A DNA stretch of 64,000 nt from Octopus vulgaris (GCA_951406725.2 OX597825.1:43648001-43712000); one strand, 5' to 3'. Counted from the first letter of the stretch, positions 9,879 through 23,744 are shown. The notes: a model not told the origin generated them from the sequence alone. Numbers and translations: made by a program.

Positions 9879-12011
9879 ATGGAACTTTACCCGCTGGATT
9901 TTTCTCAGAAAAATATACCTATCCCTGCACGGAAACAATATCTCAAAGGTCTTATAGAGAAAACGGAAGAGTTTATTCGAAGATTGAGATGGAAAGCCTT
10001 CTTCTTTGATAATAAACAGAAAATAGAAGGAAACAAATATGGATTTAAATCTCCCAGAAACCCGCCACCCATTCCGGAATTAGAAGCCTTCGAGAAAGAC
10101 CTTTTCGAGCTTATTAGGAAAATTAAATTCCGCAAATATACCAACCAATTACAGAGAAGTATGAGAGAAAAAATTAAGGAGATTAACGACTCGAATAAGA
10201 TCTTCGTTAATTCTGATAAGACAAGGAACTTATATGCACTTGATAAGGACGTTTATAAGCGCCTGATTTCGAATAGTGTCACAGACACATACAAAAAAGA
10301 CAACACGAATATATACAAAGAGGTGAACTTAGAAGCAAGAGGAATAGCTAATGATCTTAAGATTAGCGATAGGATTGAATATCTTTCACCAAGACCAGCT
10401 TTTATTACTCTGAAAGACCATAAAGCCAATTTTAGTAGAAACCCCAAATGTAGATTGATAAATCCGGCTAAAACTGAGATAGGAATTATTAGCAAAAATA
10501 TTTTAGACCGTATTTTAGTTAAGTTAGATAGTGAAGTAGACTTGAGAATTTGGAAGAATAGTAAGTCAGTCATAGAGTGGTTTAAAGGTATTAGCTATAA
10601 GAATAATTGTAGTTTCACGCAATTCGACATTATTGACTTTTACCCGTCAATATCTAGGACGTTGCTCCTAAGGGCATTGGACTTCGCCAAGCAGTATGTC
10701 AACATCGATAGCTCGGAAATTGATATTATTATGCATGCGAGGAAATCGCTTCTTTTTTTCGAGGATTCCACCTGGATTAAGAAGACTAAGGATTCTCTTT
10801 TCGATGTACCGATGGGGGCATACGACGGGGCTGAGTTATGTATGCTCATAGGAGCCTTTATTCTCCATAATCTAAAAATAGAATTCCCATTTATAGATGC
10901 AGGTTTATATAGGGATGACGGCCTTATAGCCATGCATAATCTAAACGGCCATGAATCAGATAGACTTAGGAAGGACCTTATAGCTTTCTTTCAAATGATG
11001 GGCTTACTGGTTACGATAGATGCTAACCTGAATAGTGTAGATTTTTTAGACGTAAATTTTAATGTAAGGTCGGATAGATTTAAACCTTTCCGTAAGCCCA
11101 ATGAAAAGCTATCGTATATTAGCAAAGATTCGAACCATCCACCAGTTATCCTTAGGAACTTAGTCAGCAATGTAGGTAGAAGAATATCTTCAATTTCTTC
11201 GGACGAGGCAGCATTCCATAATGCTGCACCTTATTACCATAGCGCATTAAAGAATAGTGGATTCTCTGAGAAGATCCAGTACAACCAGCTTAATGCTGAT
11301 AATGCTGCACGAAGAACTAGGACCAGGAAAGTTTTGTGGTTCAACCCGGCTTTCAATTTGGCCGTAAAGACTAATATAGGTAAGGAATTTTTGAGATTAG
11401 TCTCTAAGTATTTTAAGCAGGGTCATAAATTCTATAGGATATTTAATAGAAGAACCCTGAAGGTTAGCTATTCTTGTTGCAGAAATTTCGCCTCTTACAT
11501 TAGCCAACATAATAGGAAGCTAATTGAGATTAGACATGGTGCCGAGCCCATTAAGAAATGCAATTTCAAAAACGAAAGCTCCTGTCCGTTAGAAGGGAAA
11601 TGTCTAGTGAAAGGAGTAGTTTATAGAGCCAAGGTGCAAGTGGAAGGCTCATCGGAATACAAGACATACACAGGGGCTTCAGAAAATTCATTTAAAACAA
11701 GATTTTATTCTCATAAAAATTCATTTAAATACCCAGAGAATAGGAAGAGGACCAGCCTAGCAAAATATGTCTGGGAACTAAAAGAAAAGGAAGCCCCACC
11801 TTTCAACGTGACATGGAGCATTCTGGACAGGGCGGCACCATACAGGCATGGAGCATACAAAAATAATTTCAAGTGTAAACTTTGCCTATTAGAGAAAATG
11901 TTCATCTTATTCAAAGACAATAATTCTTTGAATCAAAGAAGTGAGCTAATGAACTTATGTAGGCACGCGGCTAAATTTAAAATGTCGAATATAAATATAC
12001 CATATGGATAG
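9879..12011 (+). CDS. Penelope-like RT/GIY-YIG protein, second tandem copy (710 aa)
   Basis: Same protein as 6448-8580 except QFDIIDFYP versus QFDIINFYP. Confidence 0.95.
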   Translation: MELYPLDFSQKNIPIPARKQYLKGLIEKTEEFIRRLRWKAFFFDNKQKIEGNKYGFKSPRNPPPIPELEAFEKDLFELIRKIKFRKYTNQLQRSMREKIKEINDSNKIFVNSDKTRNLYALDKDVYKRLISNSVTDTYKKDNTNIYKEVNLEARGIANDLKISDRIEYLSPRPAFITLKDHKANFSRNPKCRLINPAKTEIGIISKNILDRILVKLDSEVDLRIWKNSKSVIEWFKGISYKNNCSFTQFDIIDFYPSISRTLLLRALDFAKQYVNIDSSEIDIIMHARKSLLFFEDSTWIKKTKDSLFDVPMGAYDGAELCMLIGAFILHNLKIEFPFIDAGLYRDDGLIAMHNLNGHESDRLRKDLIAFFQMMGLLVTIDANLNSVDFLDVNFNVRSDRFKPFRKPNEKLSYISKDSNHPPVILRNLVSNVGRRISSISSDEAAFHNAAPYYHSALKNSGFSEKIQYNQLNADNAARRTRTRKVLWFNPAFNLAVKTNIGKEFLRLVSKYFKQGHKFYRIFNRRTLKVSYSCCRNFASYISQHNRKLIEIRHGAEPIKKCNFKNESSCPLEGKCLVKGVVYRAKVQVEGSSEYKTYTGASENSFKTRFYSHKNSFKYPENRKRTSLAKYVWELKEKEAPPFNVTWSILDRAAPYRHGAYKNNFKCKLCLLEKMFILFKDNNSLNQRSELMNLCRHAAKFKMSNINIPYG

Positions 12012-13099
12012 AGTATATATTTTGTATTTTTGATTTTTGAAATTTTGATTTTGACTCTTGAACTCTGAGCGCTACGATGGATTTTGTTTTTGTTTTTGTT
12101 TCAAACTATACGGATTTTAATCCGTATAGCAAAGTCTTATGTTTCTGCATATACATTAGGAAAAACCTTCGGCTTTATTTATTTCATGTTATTGTATTGT
12201 ATAGGATTACCTTGATTATTTATAAATGATCAAAATAGGGTGTTATATTTTATTTTATATGTCTTTCGTATATATTTTTATTAGTGCACCCATTTTTTTT
12301 AAAAAAAGCAATGTTTTTTTTTAAAAAAGTGATGTTGTCAAAAATTAGAATTTTTATATAAGTATGTGTATAGCCATGGATATGTATTTGTAAGCATGCG
12401 TATCTGTGTATGTGTAAGTGAACGTATGTTTGTGCTTAAGCACACATATACACGACTGTATGTATATGTATCCATTCGAACTTGTGTATCTGTATACTTG
12501 TCTCCATATATGTCAATAATGCCGTTACACAGCTTGTATACATAATTTTTTCTTATTTCATTTTTTTCCCCACCCCTCCTTCGTTCCTTTTTCTCTCTAT
12601 TCCTTTCTTTCGTCCCCCCACCTTACTCAGTATATGAGAATCGCTACATAGATGTTTTTAACTTGCGTGCGAGATGGTTTGCGTGAATATATGTACGCAT
12701 GCATTTATGTATATATTTAAATTTATATTCATACGTCTGTATATGTATGGCGTTTGCACGCATCCTTCTGTGTATGTTGATATATATATGTACATTTTAA
12801 TATAAATATGTATTGCAGTGTAATATTTATAACAGGTTTAATTTCTATGCATTAATTTATACTTTCTTCATTAACGTCAATATGTATTTTATTCAATGTA
12901 AGGTTTGGTTTTTCCTCGGATTTTATAATTTTTATAAGTTTTTATATATATATACATATATTTTTGACCTTTTTGTTTATCGCTCGAAGATTGACCGTTT
13001 TTTCTAAAGGGCCAATCAAACAAGTCCATTTCTTTTTAAAGGTGTAGCGTTTGTAAGAGTCTAGATTGAATTGATATATCGGTTCCATTCTAGCAAAAA

Positions 13100-13137
13100 C
13101 TGTCTGATGAACGGCAACGAGAAACTCAGAGTAACAG
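13100..13137 (+). ncRNA. Minimal type I hammerhead ribozyme (pLTR copy 3)
   Basis: Identical to copies 1 and 2; predicted cleavage after 13133, 37 nt before the element end. Confidence 0.8.
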
Positions 13138-13169
13138 ATTTTGTTGAATTTTCTGCTGCTTAAAATAAA

Positions 13170-13208
<39 letters not shown>

Positions 13209-13519
13209 AGATAAGAAAATGGAGAAATACATCTAAATCAAATATCAATTACCAGATAATACTCAATCACATACTTTATTAAACCACCACATAAGAGAGT
13301 GTAGGGTTAAATATAAAAAGCAGAACAAATCAGTGTACATAAAGGAATGTACATAAAAAAGTGTACATAAAAGAGTAATGTTGTATAATAATTAGAATAT
13401 ATATAAAAATGAATATAAATACAAGTATATATAAATATAAGTATAAATTAGATCTTACAGCAGTATACTGGATATACGTTATCCCATAGAGGGTTGCATT
13501 TACAACCCCTATCTCAATT

Positions 13520-13588
<69 letters not shown>

Positions 13589-13590
13589 TA

Positions 13591-13637
<47 letters not shown>

Positions 13638-15702
13638 GGATATATTTGTTGCAAACTGATTAGTTTCTGCTAGAGGGGTATTTTTTATTTGAAAACAAAA
13701 GCGAATTACGTAAGTGCACATTACATGGATTAACATTGCCTTCATTGAGACTGCATTGACGTTCAGGGTTTCATTATGTAACCAAACAGGACAATAGTTT
13801 ATTCTTCTCTGTCTCACTTTTGCAAGATGTGCAAATATCACAAAAGGAGAAATTGATAGGAAAATAATCAAGTGTTATGTTCTCATAACACTGCTTTACT
13901 GTTGTACGCCAACGACTTTGTCATTAAAATTGATTAGACCACATTACATTCAGTATTAATTCCAGAAAAAATAACTTAACAGCAACTTGAAAGATTTACA
14001 TCTACAAGCAATTAAAAGATGTAGCACACTATAACTTCTCTATGACGCAAATCATATTGTTTCGAATCCTGGAAATAATCTGAAATAGTTTGCGAGACTA
14101 ACATCCTCTACAGATATGGTTCGAAAAACGAATACAAGAGATAAAAGGACAAATCTGCAACGTTTAATATGTCAATAAATCAAATTCTAAATCCTGGCAG
14201 ACATCCACATTAAGTACACTGTTAAATATTTTTGCTAAATGTTATTTTTTACACTAAAACTTCATCAGGTAGTGTTGTTTTCTTTTTACCTGACAGATAA
14301 TCAAACTCCATTGGATACCTGTTCATGATATTTTTCATAAATTTCAATAGCTATTGATTTGCGCTTATTTACGACTAGTTTTATTAAGTCTACGATATAT
14401 ATTTAAGTCAATCACAGTGAATCTGCTGTGGATTTCTAAAAGCATTTGAAAAGTGTAAATATAGCATGTGAATAGCATGAGAAATTAGAAAATAATTTTT
14501 GAGGAATTTACCAGGAAAACTCCGGTAATAGTTAACACATTATACACACAAGCACACTCACACACCTACATATTGTATGAAATGCAACTATGCTTGTGTA
14601 AATCAATGAATAATTCATGTCCAAGATTGTGTGCATTTGTGTTCATGCTTTCATATGTATGTATGATTAGGTATGCGTTTCTTAGGGAAATTCGTTTCTA
14701 ATCTAATAACAATAGTACATTTCTCGAATGTTGTGCATATATCGATGTAAAGATATTGATTTCTGTCATTGGTATAAGTTCACTTGTTTACTTGGAGGTA
14801 TCAGCCAATTATCAACACCGTATGTTACTGGTATATGTTTCCTCACCCACGGAATGAAGAAAAGTAAAGTTGAGCTCGGTATGATATGTAGTCAATACAT
14901 AAATCCACGTATAACATGCACTTATTATTATCCGCTGATACCTAATTGTATATTAGTGACACTTTTGCCACTCGAGTACATCAAACGGTTCTCGCCTCTT
15001 CCCGTCTTAGAGCATGCGCCTCAACTCACACAATGCAGTTTTCATGCTTTCCGTTTCTAGGGCCAATTTCGCTGCCAGAACATTAGGATGCCTTTCCTAA
15101 ACACTTATTCAACGTTTCCAGCTATGTCTTCCTCTATTCTAAGTTTTTCTTTCACTGTGACCATATAGATTATACTCTAATCGAATTTTTCAGTTTGAAC
15201 TACCATTTATTGTTGATAATCGACCATTAACTAATTCGCTAAGCCAGTCTCTATTTGCTCGGCGCACCAGAAACGTTGCATTCAGCTTTCTATAACCGAA
15301 TCCCTGCCCACAAGGCCTATCTCAGTTGATAGCACAGATCTCAAAGTTGTGATTTATGTAGGTGACGATTTTAAATGCAGAGTGCCTATGCTATTTTGTT
15401 TGATTAGTGACAGAGTTAATCGCCATATTGCGTTAAATATTGATTCTGCAACATGAAAGCATGTTGACAGCATTTAGTAAATATTTCATTTGTCTCATTT
15501 ATTTGGAATTTAACAAAGAAACGCCAAATTTTGGAGACTTCTGTGCAAAATTTGTTTTTGGTCACTTTATTCTTAAATAGGTTGAAATTTTTAATTCCCG
15601 TATATTCCAATTTCCATTCATTACTTGCGAGTGCTATAACGTTGCCTTTTCGATCCTTTTGGAAAGAATTGTGGAATATAGTTGCAGCTTTTGAAATAGC
15701 CC

Positions 15703-16125
15703 CTTGTGTCGAACAACTGCTGTCACGTGTGGGACGAGTCGGTTTATCAGCTGAGTCTATCGTCAATATTGTCACGCCTCCTTCCTTCAAACGGGAAGGA
15801 AGAGCTATTTTCATCATCCTTGTGGCTATGACGAAAGAATGTATCTGGTGGACACAAGCCCACAGGTCGGAAATTGTTGGACACTGCACGAGTGCGTGCA
15901 GAACGGTTTCGTCGCTCTGACCGCATCTCGGGCAGGTCGGCCCCCGTGTTTCTCGAGCCGTGTCTGTAGAGCTTATCCCGAACGGGTAGCGCTTCTCGGT
16001 AACACTGCCAGGCCAGGGATCTCTGGAAGTTTCCATGGGCCCTGGCCCGAAAGTCGTCCTGAACAGGCGGGTCAGGTACTCCTCGTCGACGTCCAGGCTC
16101 GCCCCGAGCTCGTCGTCAGATACCA
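15703..16125 (-). mobile_element. Tx1/L1-like LINE ORF2 3' fragment with internal inversion
   Basis: Minus strand CPRCGQSDETVLHALVQC (zf-RVT-like); its continuation CVEQLLSRV..IWWT lies on the plus strand at 15703-15855; homologous to 62390-62800. Confidence 0.75.
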
Positions 16126-16249
16126 AAGTAAGCACATAAATGCGAAACAAGGTAGCAAAAAATACTACTGGAATACCGAATATGCTTTATTATTATCAAA
16201 GCTTCAAAAACATCACAAAAATATCACAATAAACAGAATATTATTATTA

Positions 16250-16308
<59 letters not shown>

Positions 16309-16311
<3 letters not shown>

Positions 16312-18012
16312 TAGTTTTATTTTTATAGCGTGCTTTCACTTCACTACCGAGCACAGCTCTGTGTGCCTTGGGTATGTGCTGTGATTTGTTGTGATGATCT
16401 GATGGTTATTGTATGGAAAGTGTTCTGCGTAGGATGTGTGCAGTGCCTAGTAGTGCAATTTTCTGTATGTTATATGTGTTTGTAAGTCCTGGTGTTTTTG
16501 TTATGTATTTGTCTGAATATTTTTTTATCATGCCTAATGCACCTACTATGATAGGAATTGTTTCTGTTTTCAGATTCCACATTCTAGTTACCTCTATTTC
16601 CAGGTCTTTGTATTTTGAGAGTTTCTCCATTTCTTTTAGAGACACGTTGTCATCAGCCGGTATTGATACATCAATTAGAAAGCATTTTTTTCTTCATGAT
16701 CTCTGACAACTATATCTGGTCTGTTGGCCTTAATTTCTCTATCTGTGTGTATCGGCATATCCCAGAGTATGGTTGCTTTCTCGTTTTCTGTGACCTTTTC
16801 TGGTGTGTGCCTATACCATCTTTTTTCTGTTGTTATTCCATAATGTTGGCATAGCTTCCAATGTATGTAGGTTCCAACTCTGTCATATCTGTGAATATAT
16901 TCCTTCTTAGCCAAGACTGGGCAGCTAGAGATAATATGATTTATTGTTTCTTGTCCATCTCCACATATTCTGCAGTTACTTGTAATATTTCTTTTCATTA
17001 CATGTTTTTGGTAATTTCTGGTGAGGAGGCTTTGGTCTTGTGCTGCAATTAAAAATCCCTCTGTTTCTGCTTTGAGTCCTGAGCTTCTCAACCATTGCTG
17101 GGATTTTTCTTTGTCTATTTCTTTTGCGTTTAGTTTAGTCCAGTATTTACCATGAAGGGGCTTTTCTTGCCATCGTTTTATCATGGTTCGTTGCTGTTCT
17201 ATTTTTAGTTTGGATTTCATTTGTTTTATAGCTTTTGTTGTTTCTTCATCTTCTTCTTCTTCTTCATGTTTATTAGGTGGTATGATTTCTTGTTTGTATT
17301 TGTCAGCTTCCTTAAATACTGAGAACAGTTTTTTGTTTTGCCGCTATCTGGATCAGTTTTCCTTCCTTCTGAAGTAGATATTTTTGCAGTCCTATGGTGG
17401 TTATTTTATAGTAGTTTTCCAGCTGTATAAGGTCTCTACCACCTTCTATACGTTGTATATATAGTCTTTTTCTGTCAGATTTTGGGTGATGCATCCTAGA
17501 TCCTGTCATTATTTTTCTTGTTTTACTATCTATTTTGCTCAGTTCATTTCGTGTCCAGTTAAGGATATTGTAGCTGTAACTTATAACTGGGACAGCTAAA
17601 GTGTTGATACCTATTATCTTGTTTTTAGCATTGAGCTCTGTTTTTAGTATTGATCTAACTCGTCTATAATATTCTTTTTTTATTTTCTCTTTCATTTGTG
17701 TGTGTTGTGTCTTATCTAGTTCATGGATTCCTAAGTATTTGTAAGTTTGGCTTTGGTCTAATTCTTTTATTTCATTGGTTTTATCTAGTGTGATGTTGTT
17801 ACTCTTAACTAGTTTTCCTCTTTTCAGGGTTACTTTGGCGCATTTTTCTAATCCAAATTTCCTATCTATTTCTTTGGTAAATCCATGAACTGTCTTTAAT
17901 AGTGTTTCAAGCTGTTTGTCATTTGCAGCGTATAGTTTTAGGTCATCCATATATAAAAGGTGGCTGATCGTTTTGCCGTAACATTTATATCCGCATCCAG
18001 TTCTATTTAGCA

Positions 18013-18013
<1 letters not shown>
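16309..18013 (-). mobile_element. 5'-truncated R4/Dong-clade LINE (RT + restriction-like endonuclease) within (TAA)n
   Basis: HLLYMDDLKLYA, YKYLG, CRIC..ETINHIISSC, RPDIVV, KYKDL, LLGTAHILRRTL; frameshifts; (ATT)n at 16238-16308 and 18014-18304. Confidence 0.9.
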
Positions 18014-18079
<66 letters not shown>

Positions 18080-18100
18080 TTTATCGTTATTATTATAATC

Positions 18101-18182
<82 letters not shown>

Positions 18183-18206
18183 TTATTATTATTATCGTTA
18201 TTATTA

Positions 18207-18273
<67 letters not shown>

Positions 18274-20875
18274 CATTATTATTATTTTTATTATTATTAT
18301 TATTGTTTACTTAATTATTTCCATAACATTTATTTATTTATCATTTTATTCTTTGATTGTAATACGATGGTGAGGACAGCTTTAATGAGCTTACTGAAAA
18401 CATTTGGGGTAGGGTAGAGCATTTAAGTTTTCTCATTTAAATTTCGTAGAGGCCAAAATCTATATCATATTATATTATTACACAATTAATTTAATTATAT
18501 TATTGATTTTTTTTTCAATCCACAATTTGAAGTTGAACTAATTTAATATTCAATAAATACGCATGTTTTAAATACGCTCGTGTGTGTACATACTTTATTG
18601 TGCATATACGCTTATTTACGTATATATATGCACATATAGATTTGTCAATTGGTTTTGCAAGATTCCTGGTGTGAGATACGTGTGAAACAGATATTGTTGT
18701 ACTTCGGGATGGTCATTTCTTTTTTTTTTTACAAATAAACACAGTGGACAAAGGAACCAGGGTTAAGTACAAAGCCATCATAGAGAGTGATGTAAAATGA
18801 ATCTGTCTGCTATACAGGAGTAAATCTTGGAACAGCACGGAAAGACCAGTAATAAGATAAATAAGGCCAACACTTAGTATGGCAGCAAAAAATACCAGGG
18901 TGTCATGTTCGTTGATGCACACCTTCTTAGAAAAACATTAAGTAAGGCTAATCTAAAACCCAACAGTAAAACCCAACACCACACTACATGAATAAAGACA
19001 GTAGGGATATGAAGAGAGAAGAGGAAAAGGGAAGAGAAAAGAGAAGAAAAGGAAGAGAAAAGAGAGGGACAAAAAGGATGAGAAACCGTAAATGATACAC
19101 AGCTACATACAGAGCAATACACTCACACAATAGACATTTATGCACTTACTTGTGATACGTACGAGATATACTATAAAGTTTTACTGTTATTGATGTTTAT
19201 TTATGTAACTGTAGATATGAAGACTAGGATGTGTCTGAGACAAATTTGGCCCCAAATATATCTTCAATGAAAGAAACAATAGAAAAATCTTGTTTTGTTA
19301 AGAAAAGCTACAAAACCTACACAACGAAAGAGCGGAAACGATATTGATACGAACCATAAGAAAATCGTGTTCCCATTGATACACAAAAGGTAAGCTTAAA
19401 CTTTATAAAACAATCTCTCGCATGGACTTACACGTATAACAATCAGTAAATTCATATATCAAATCATGTGTCATTGAAAGGGGAATCGGAGATAATGTAA
19501 GAATAGTAATTTCTATAGATGGAAATCATAAACATGATTATCTAAACTGAGATATAATTAAGATTTAAAATAATAGGCATTTCATTGGGCCAATGAAAAT
19601 GTCTTCCAATGACATACCTCAACGATTAGGTAACAACAACAAACGAAACTCAAACTTCGTCAGTTTTAATTTTTAAAAGGAGTGAGCATCAATAAGTCCG
19701 AGTTAAAGGAAATAATATTCGCCTCAACCACTAAGTTTAAGATAAGGGCGGGATGTCCCTTCTGTAACGAAATACAAGTCTAGGAAACAGCAAAGAAAAT
19801 AAACTCATAAAAGAGATAGGAAATGAGAGAAATGCTGAGTTCTTATTGAAGTCAATAGCAAGGCGAGAAATCTGAGAAAAAGAAAACGAAGATAAAATAA
19901 ATTCTTCAGTAATATATCACCGTAACAGGAGCATAATTAAAAAACATCCAAAACAAGAGATCATCGCAAATTCGCAAAGAACTTGTGGATAGGAAAAGCT
20001 GCAACTATTCTTTAAACATGACAAAGAGTTGGAATCATGTCTACAACACTTTCCTCAACTACCAATTAAAGCAAACTAGAAATCAAATAAATGAAGAAGA
20101 ATGGCTTTGAGGAAGAGTATCTGGAATATAATAACTAACTTGCACACTGCTATTGATAATCATCTGAAAGCCACCTGATCATGAGAAGATACCAAACTTG
20201 TTCGGTTAACGTTGAGCTGTTACTGCTCTCTAAGTTAATACAGGCCAACATCAACTTGATATCCAACCCAGAAGAAACTCTCTAAGGAGACAGGGCCTTC
20301 TCTTTAGATAAGTTGTATAGATGGCGCGTTCTCTATCGCGTATGGCATCTATGGAGCGCTTTTTGGTGAGGGCTTCACTTTACAAGAAGACCTCTACGAT
20401 TCTGAATTGCCTTGCCCTAATCATATGATTCATGTCTGCTCCTATTTTTTTTCTCTTTCTACTTGGATGTGTATTGGTATTTCTTGTTGTTGCTGCTGTT
20501 ATTATTATTGCTGGCGCTGTTGTTATTATTGATGTTGTTATTGCTGATGTTGTTATTGTTATTGTTGTTGGTTTTCCTACTGCTGGTGCTGTCGCGCTGT
20601 TGTTGCTTTTGCTGCAGCCGCTCCTGTTGTGGTGGTTCTTTTTGCTGCTACTGTTGTTACCGGTGATTTTGTTTGTTGTGTTGGTGCTTATGTTGTTGAA
20701 ACATATTTCACTCGTTGTCGTTACAATTGCTTTTCTTGTTATTATTTTTGCTGTTTTTATGTTTCTACTCTTGCACGCATTGCTTCTGGGCGGTTAACGT
20801 ATTAGAGAAAACTGGAAGATAATTTTCTCTAGTGAAGTTGGTAGTGGTATGAGTCACTTCTGCAACCTTGTCGCT

Positions 20876-21199
20876 TAAAGACTCCGCCGGTTACGACGAC
20901 GAGGGTCCCAGCTGATACGATCAACGGAACAGCTTGCTCGTGAAATTAACGTGCAAATGGCTGAGCATTCCACAGACACGTGTACCCTTAACGTAGTTCT
21001 CGGGGATAATCAGCGTGACACAGAGTGACAAGGCTGACCCTTTGAAATACAAGTACAACTCATTTTTGCCAGCTGAGTGGACTGGAGCAACGTGAAATAA
21101 AGTGTCTTGCTCAAGGACACAACGCGTCGCCGGGAATCGAACTCACAACCTTACGATCATGAGCCGAATGCCCTAACCACTAAGCCACGCGCCCTCACT
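20876..21199 (-). mobile_element. tRNA-derived SINE with 12-bp target-site duplication
   Basis: Box A TGGCTTAGTGG and box B GAGTTCGATTCCC on the minus strand; TSD AACCTTGTCGCT at 20864-20875 and 21200-21211. Confidence 0.85.
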
Positions 21200-22348
21200 A
21201 ACCTTGTCGCTAAAACCGTTGGCATTACTGACTTCATAATTCCATTCAGAGAAAAAAAATATGAGTGCAAGGAAAATTGATGGTAGTGGTGACCGACTAC
21301 GCTCCACCCCCTAAAAGGTGTGTAATCTTTTGTGAGACCAGCTACGTTTAGGCAAATTAGGATCATAAAATATAGTCTCATTAAACTACTGGTATTGATT
21401 AAATCAACGAGTCCCACTTCACTAAAAATGTTTGTACTTCTGCCTAAATCAGAAATTATTATTTATTAGACACTCTTTATTTTCAGTGAAATATTAGTGA
21501 AATATTCGGTTAACTTCATGATAGAGAGACAATGAAAAGTGTAAAGTTCATTTACTTCCCACAGTCATCAGCAAATGTGGATGAAGAAATGAGCAGGTTA
21601 TATAAATAGTTTTGATCCGACTGGCATTCTCCCTGTCCGTAGACATATGGTTATAGTAAAATAAATTATGAAGGTGATGATGAGCAAGTTAAGAACGAAG
21701 TAGAGGAAGAGAGATAACATGGGAAGGAGAAAGAAGAGGATATTAAATTAGAAAGAAATTTCGTGTATGATTCTCGATTTATCGTGATGGTCTATTTATA
21801 TGTTATGTTTCTGTCTGAGAGGCTTTTGACAGCAACCAATATGTTCAGTAATCAAAGTGAGTTCATATCACGCAAGTGCACAAGTTTGTATGCGCCAATT
21901 ATAACTTCTTCGGTCAAAAAAGTACTTGTGTATGATTATTATGAATGTTCGTGAATTCGTGCGTGCGTTAATGTTTATTCACCTATGTATATCGTGACAC
22001 ATGATGTGTTGGTATTGTTTTCTGCTAGTCCACCTTGATAGAAAACATCCATAGTCAAAGACGTACCAGCTATAACCATCCCCACTTTTTAGGATATATG
22101 TAAATGCATTATCTAATGTGTCGTTTTGTTTTAGATGATGTGGCATTTAATTTAAGAAAACGTGGCTATTATTTATAGCGAGTTTTGTGACTGTATAGGA
22201 ATGTCTGTGTCTTTGTGTGCATTTCTCTATAACCTGCATATACACTAACAATCATGCACTCACACATACACATAGACACACACATGTGTATGTATATATA
22301 TATGTATGGATATATGTATGTATGGATATATGTATGTATGTATGTATG

Positions 22349-22411
<63 letters not shown>

Positions 22412-22416
<5 letters not shown>

Positions 22417-23700
22417 ATAGACTCTCCCGTTGTTGGACAACAGCCTATATGTTGATGGGTCTCCCATTCGCTCTCCGTTTGACAATTCTATTGCCTCTGA
22501 AATCTGCTTTTTTTCTTCAGTTTCAAAGTGAGCACGGCACACTTTGAGATCCCGAATTCCATTCCTGTATCCTTGCTGCACATCTGTAGTCTCGACCAGC
22601 TTCTCTATTTCAGGCTCTGTTTTTGCAAACAGTTTTAAATCATCCATGAAGAGGTGTTTGAGATGAGGTCCATTCTTCCTGAGCTTGTAGTACGCGAAAA
22701 CTTTGCATAGAACTACAGAAAGTGGGATCAAAGCTATAAGAAATAGCACAGGTGAACAAGAATCTCCCTGTTAGATACCTCTTTTGGTATTTAGCTCGGC
22801 TAAATGCTAGTTGTTGTAGAAAAACGTGTTTTCGGATTAGGCATGTTGTTGCTGATCAGTGCACGCACATTCTCAGCAGCTCTACACATGGTGAGTGTTT
22901 CAAAAACCTATGAATGTGGAAGAATGTCATAAGCCCTTTTAAACTCCATCCAGACCATGCATACGATTTGCGGCGGATTTGGTATCATTTGCAGTTCTTC
23001 ATTACGATTTTGTCTATTACAGAGAGGTCGTTGGTGCGCTTGGATCCTTTTTGGTATCCATTTTTTTCTACCGGGAGTAGATTTTCCACAAGGAACTTAT
23101 ATTTTTCTTGTGGGGATGCCTGTTAACACTTTCCATAAGAGTTTAAGAGAAGCAATGGATCGACAATTACCAACCTCATTGCCCTTTGATCGATCTTTCA
23201 TCAACAATGCTGTCTTTCCCTCTACAATCCATTCTGTAGGCAATCGTCTGATTGCAAAGCAATTCGTTTGCATGTTAGCCTAAGGCACTTGAGTCAGTAG
23301 CCTTGGATTCCATCTGACCCTGCCGCTCTCCAGTTTTGATACCCGTGTGATTACATCTTCCCTTGTTATGCGTACATGATCCTGCCTTGGAGCCTCAGGA
23401 GTTCGGGTCTCACGGAATGACTCCACTCAGTACCGTGGTTGCGGGAAACCACTTGCCACCAGGTGTTATTCCAAATTTGGCGGGTTTCCTCTGTTCCGGG
23501 GGATATATTACCTTCTGTGTTCCATCCAAGCTCTTAAAAATCTGGTTATTTGTAAATAACCTGTTTTGATGAAACTGCGATTTACTATAAGTGTAGCGTT
23601 GCACTTTCAATGTTTTTGCCCGACTACGTTGTTTTAAATTTTCGAAAACAGTTTTAAACCCTTTCTTATTTTGTTTCAAAATATGTCTTCACACCTCCTT
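22412..23700 (-). mobile_element. Degraded R4/Dong-like LINE fragment
   Basis: [22 protein letters not shown]; upstream motifs such as QFHQNRLF; many disablements. Confidence 0.7.
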
Positions 23701-23744
23701 TAGTATGTTTCCATTGTCCTTTGGACCATTCTTCGTTGTTGTTG

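Larger units (their letters stand above)
5938..13170 (+). mobile_element. Tandem Penelope-like element (Naiad-like), about 2.1 units of ~3430 bp, inserted in (TA)n
   Basis: pLTR-ORF-pLTR-ORF-pLTR organisation; units nearly identical; (TA)n on both flanks; ends at AATAAAG (13170). Confidence 0.95.

Noticed and set aside
20432-20797. 121-aa hydrophobic 'membrane protein' ORF
   Set aside because: Degenerate (GTT/GCT)n low-complexity tract.
21110-21197. tRNA gene candidates (also about 61010-61065)
   Set aside because: They have A/B boxes but no proper acceptor stem, and continue into SINE bodies.
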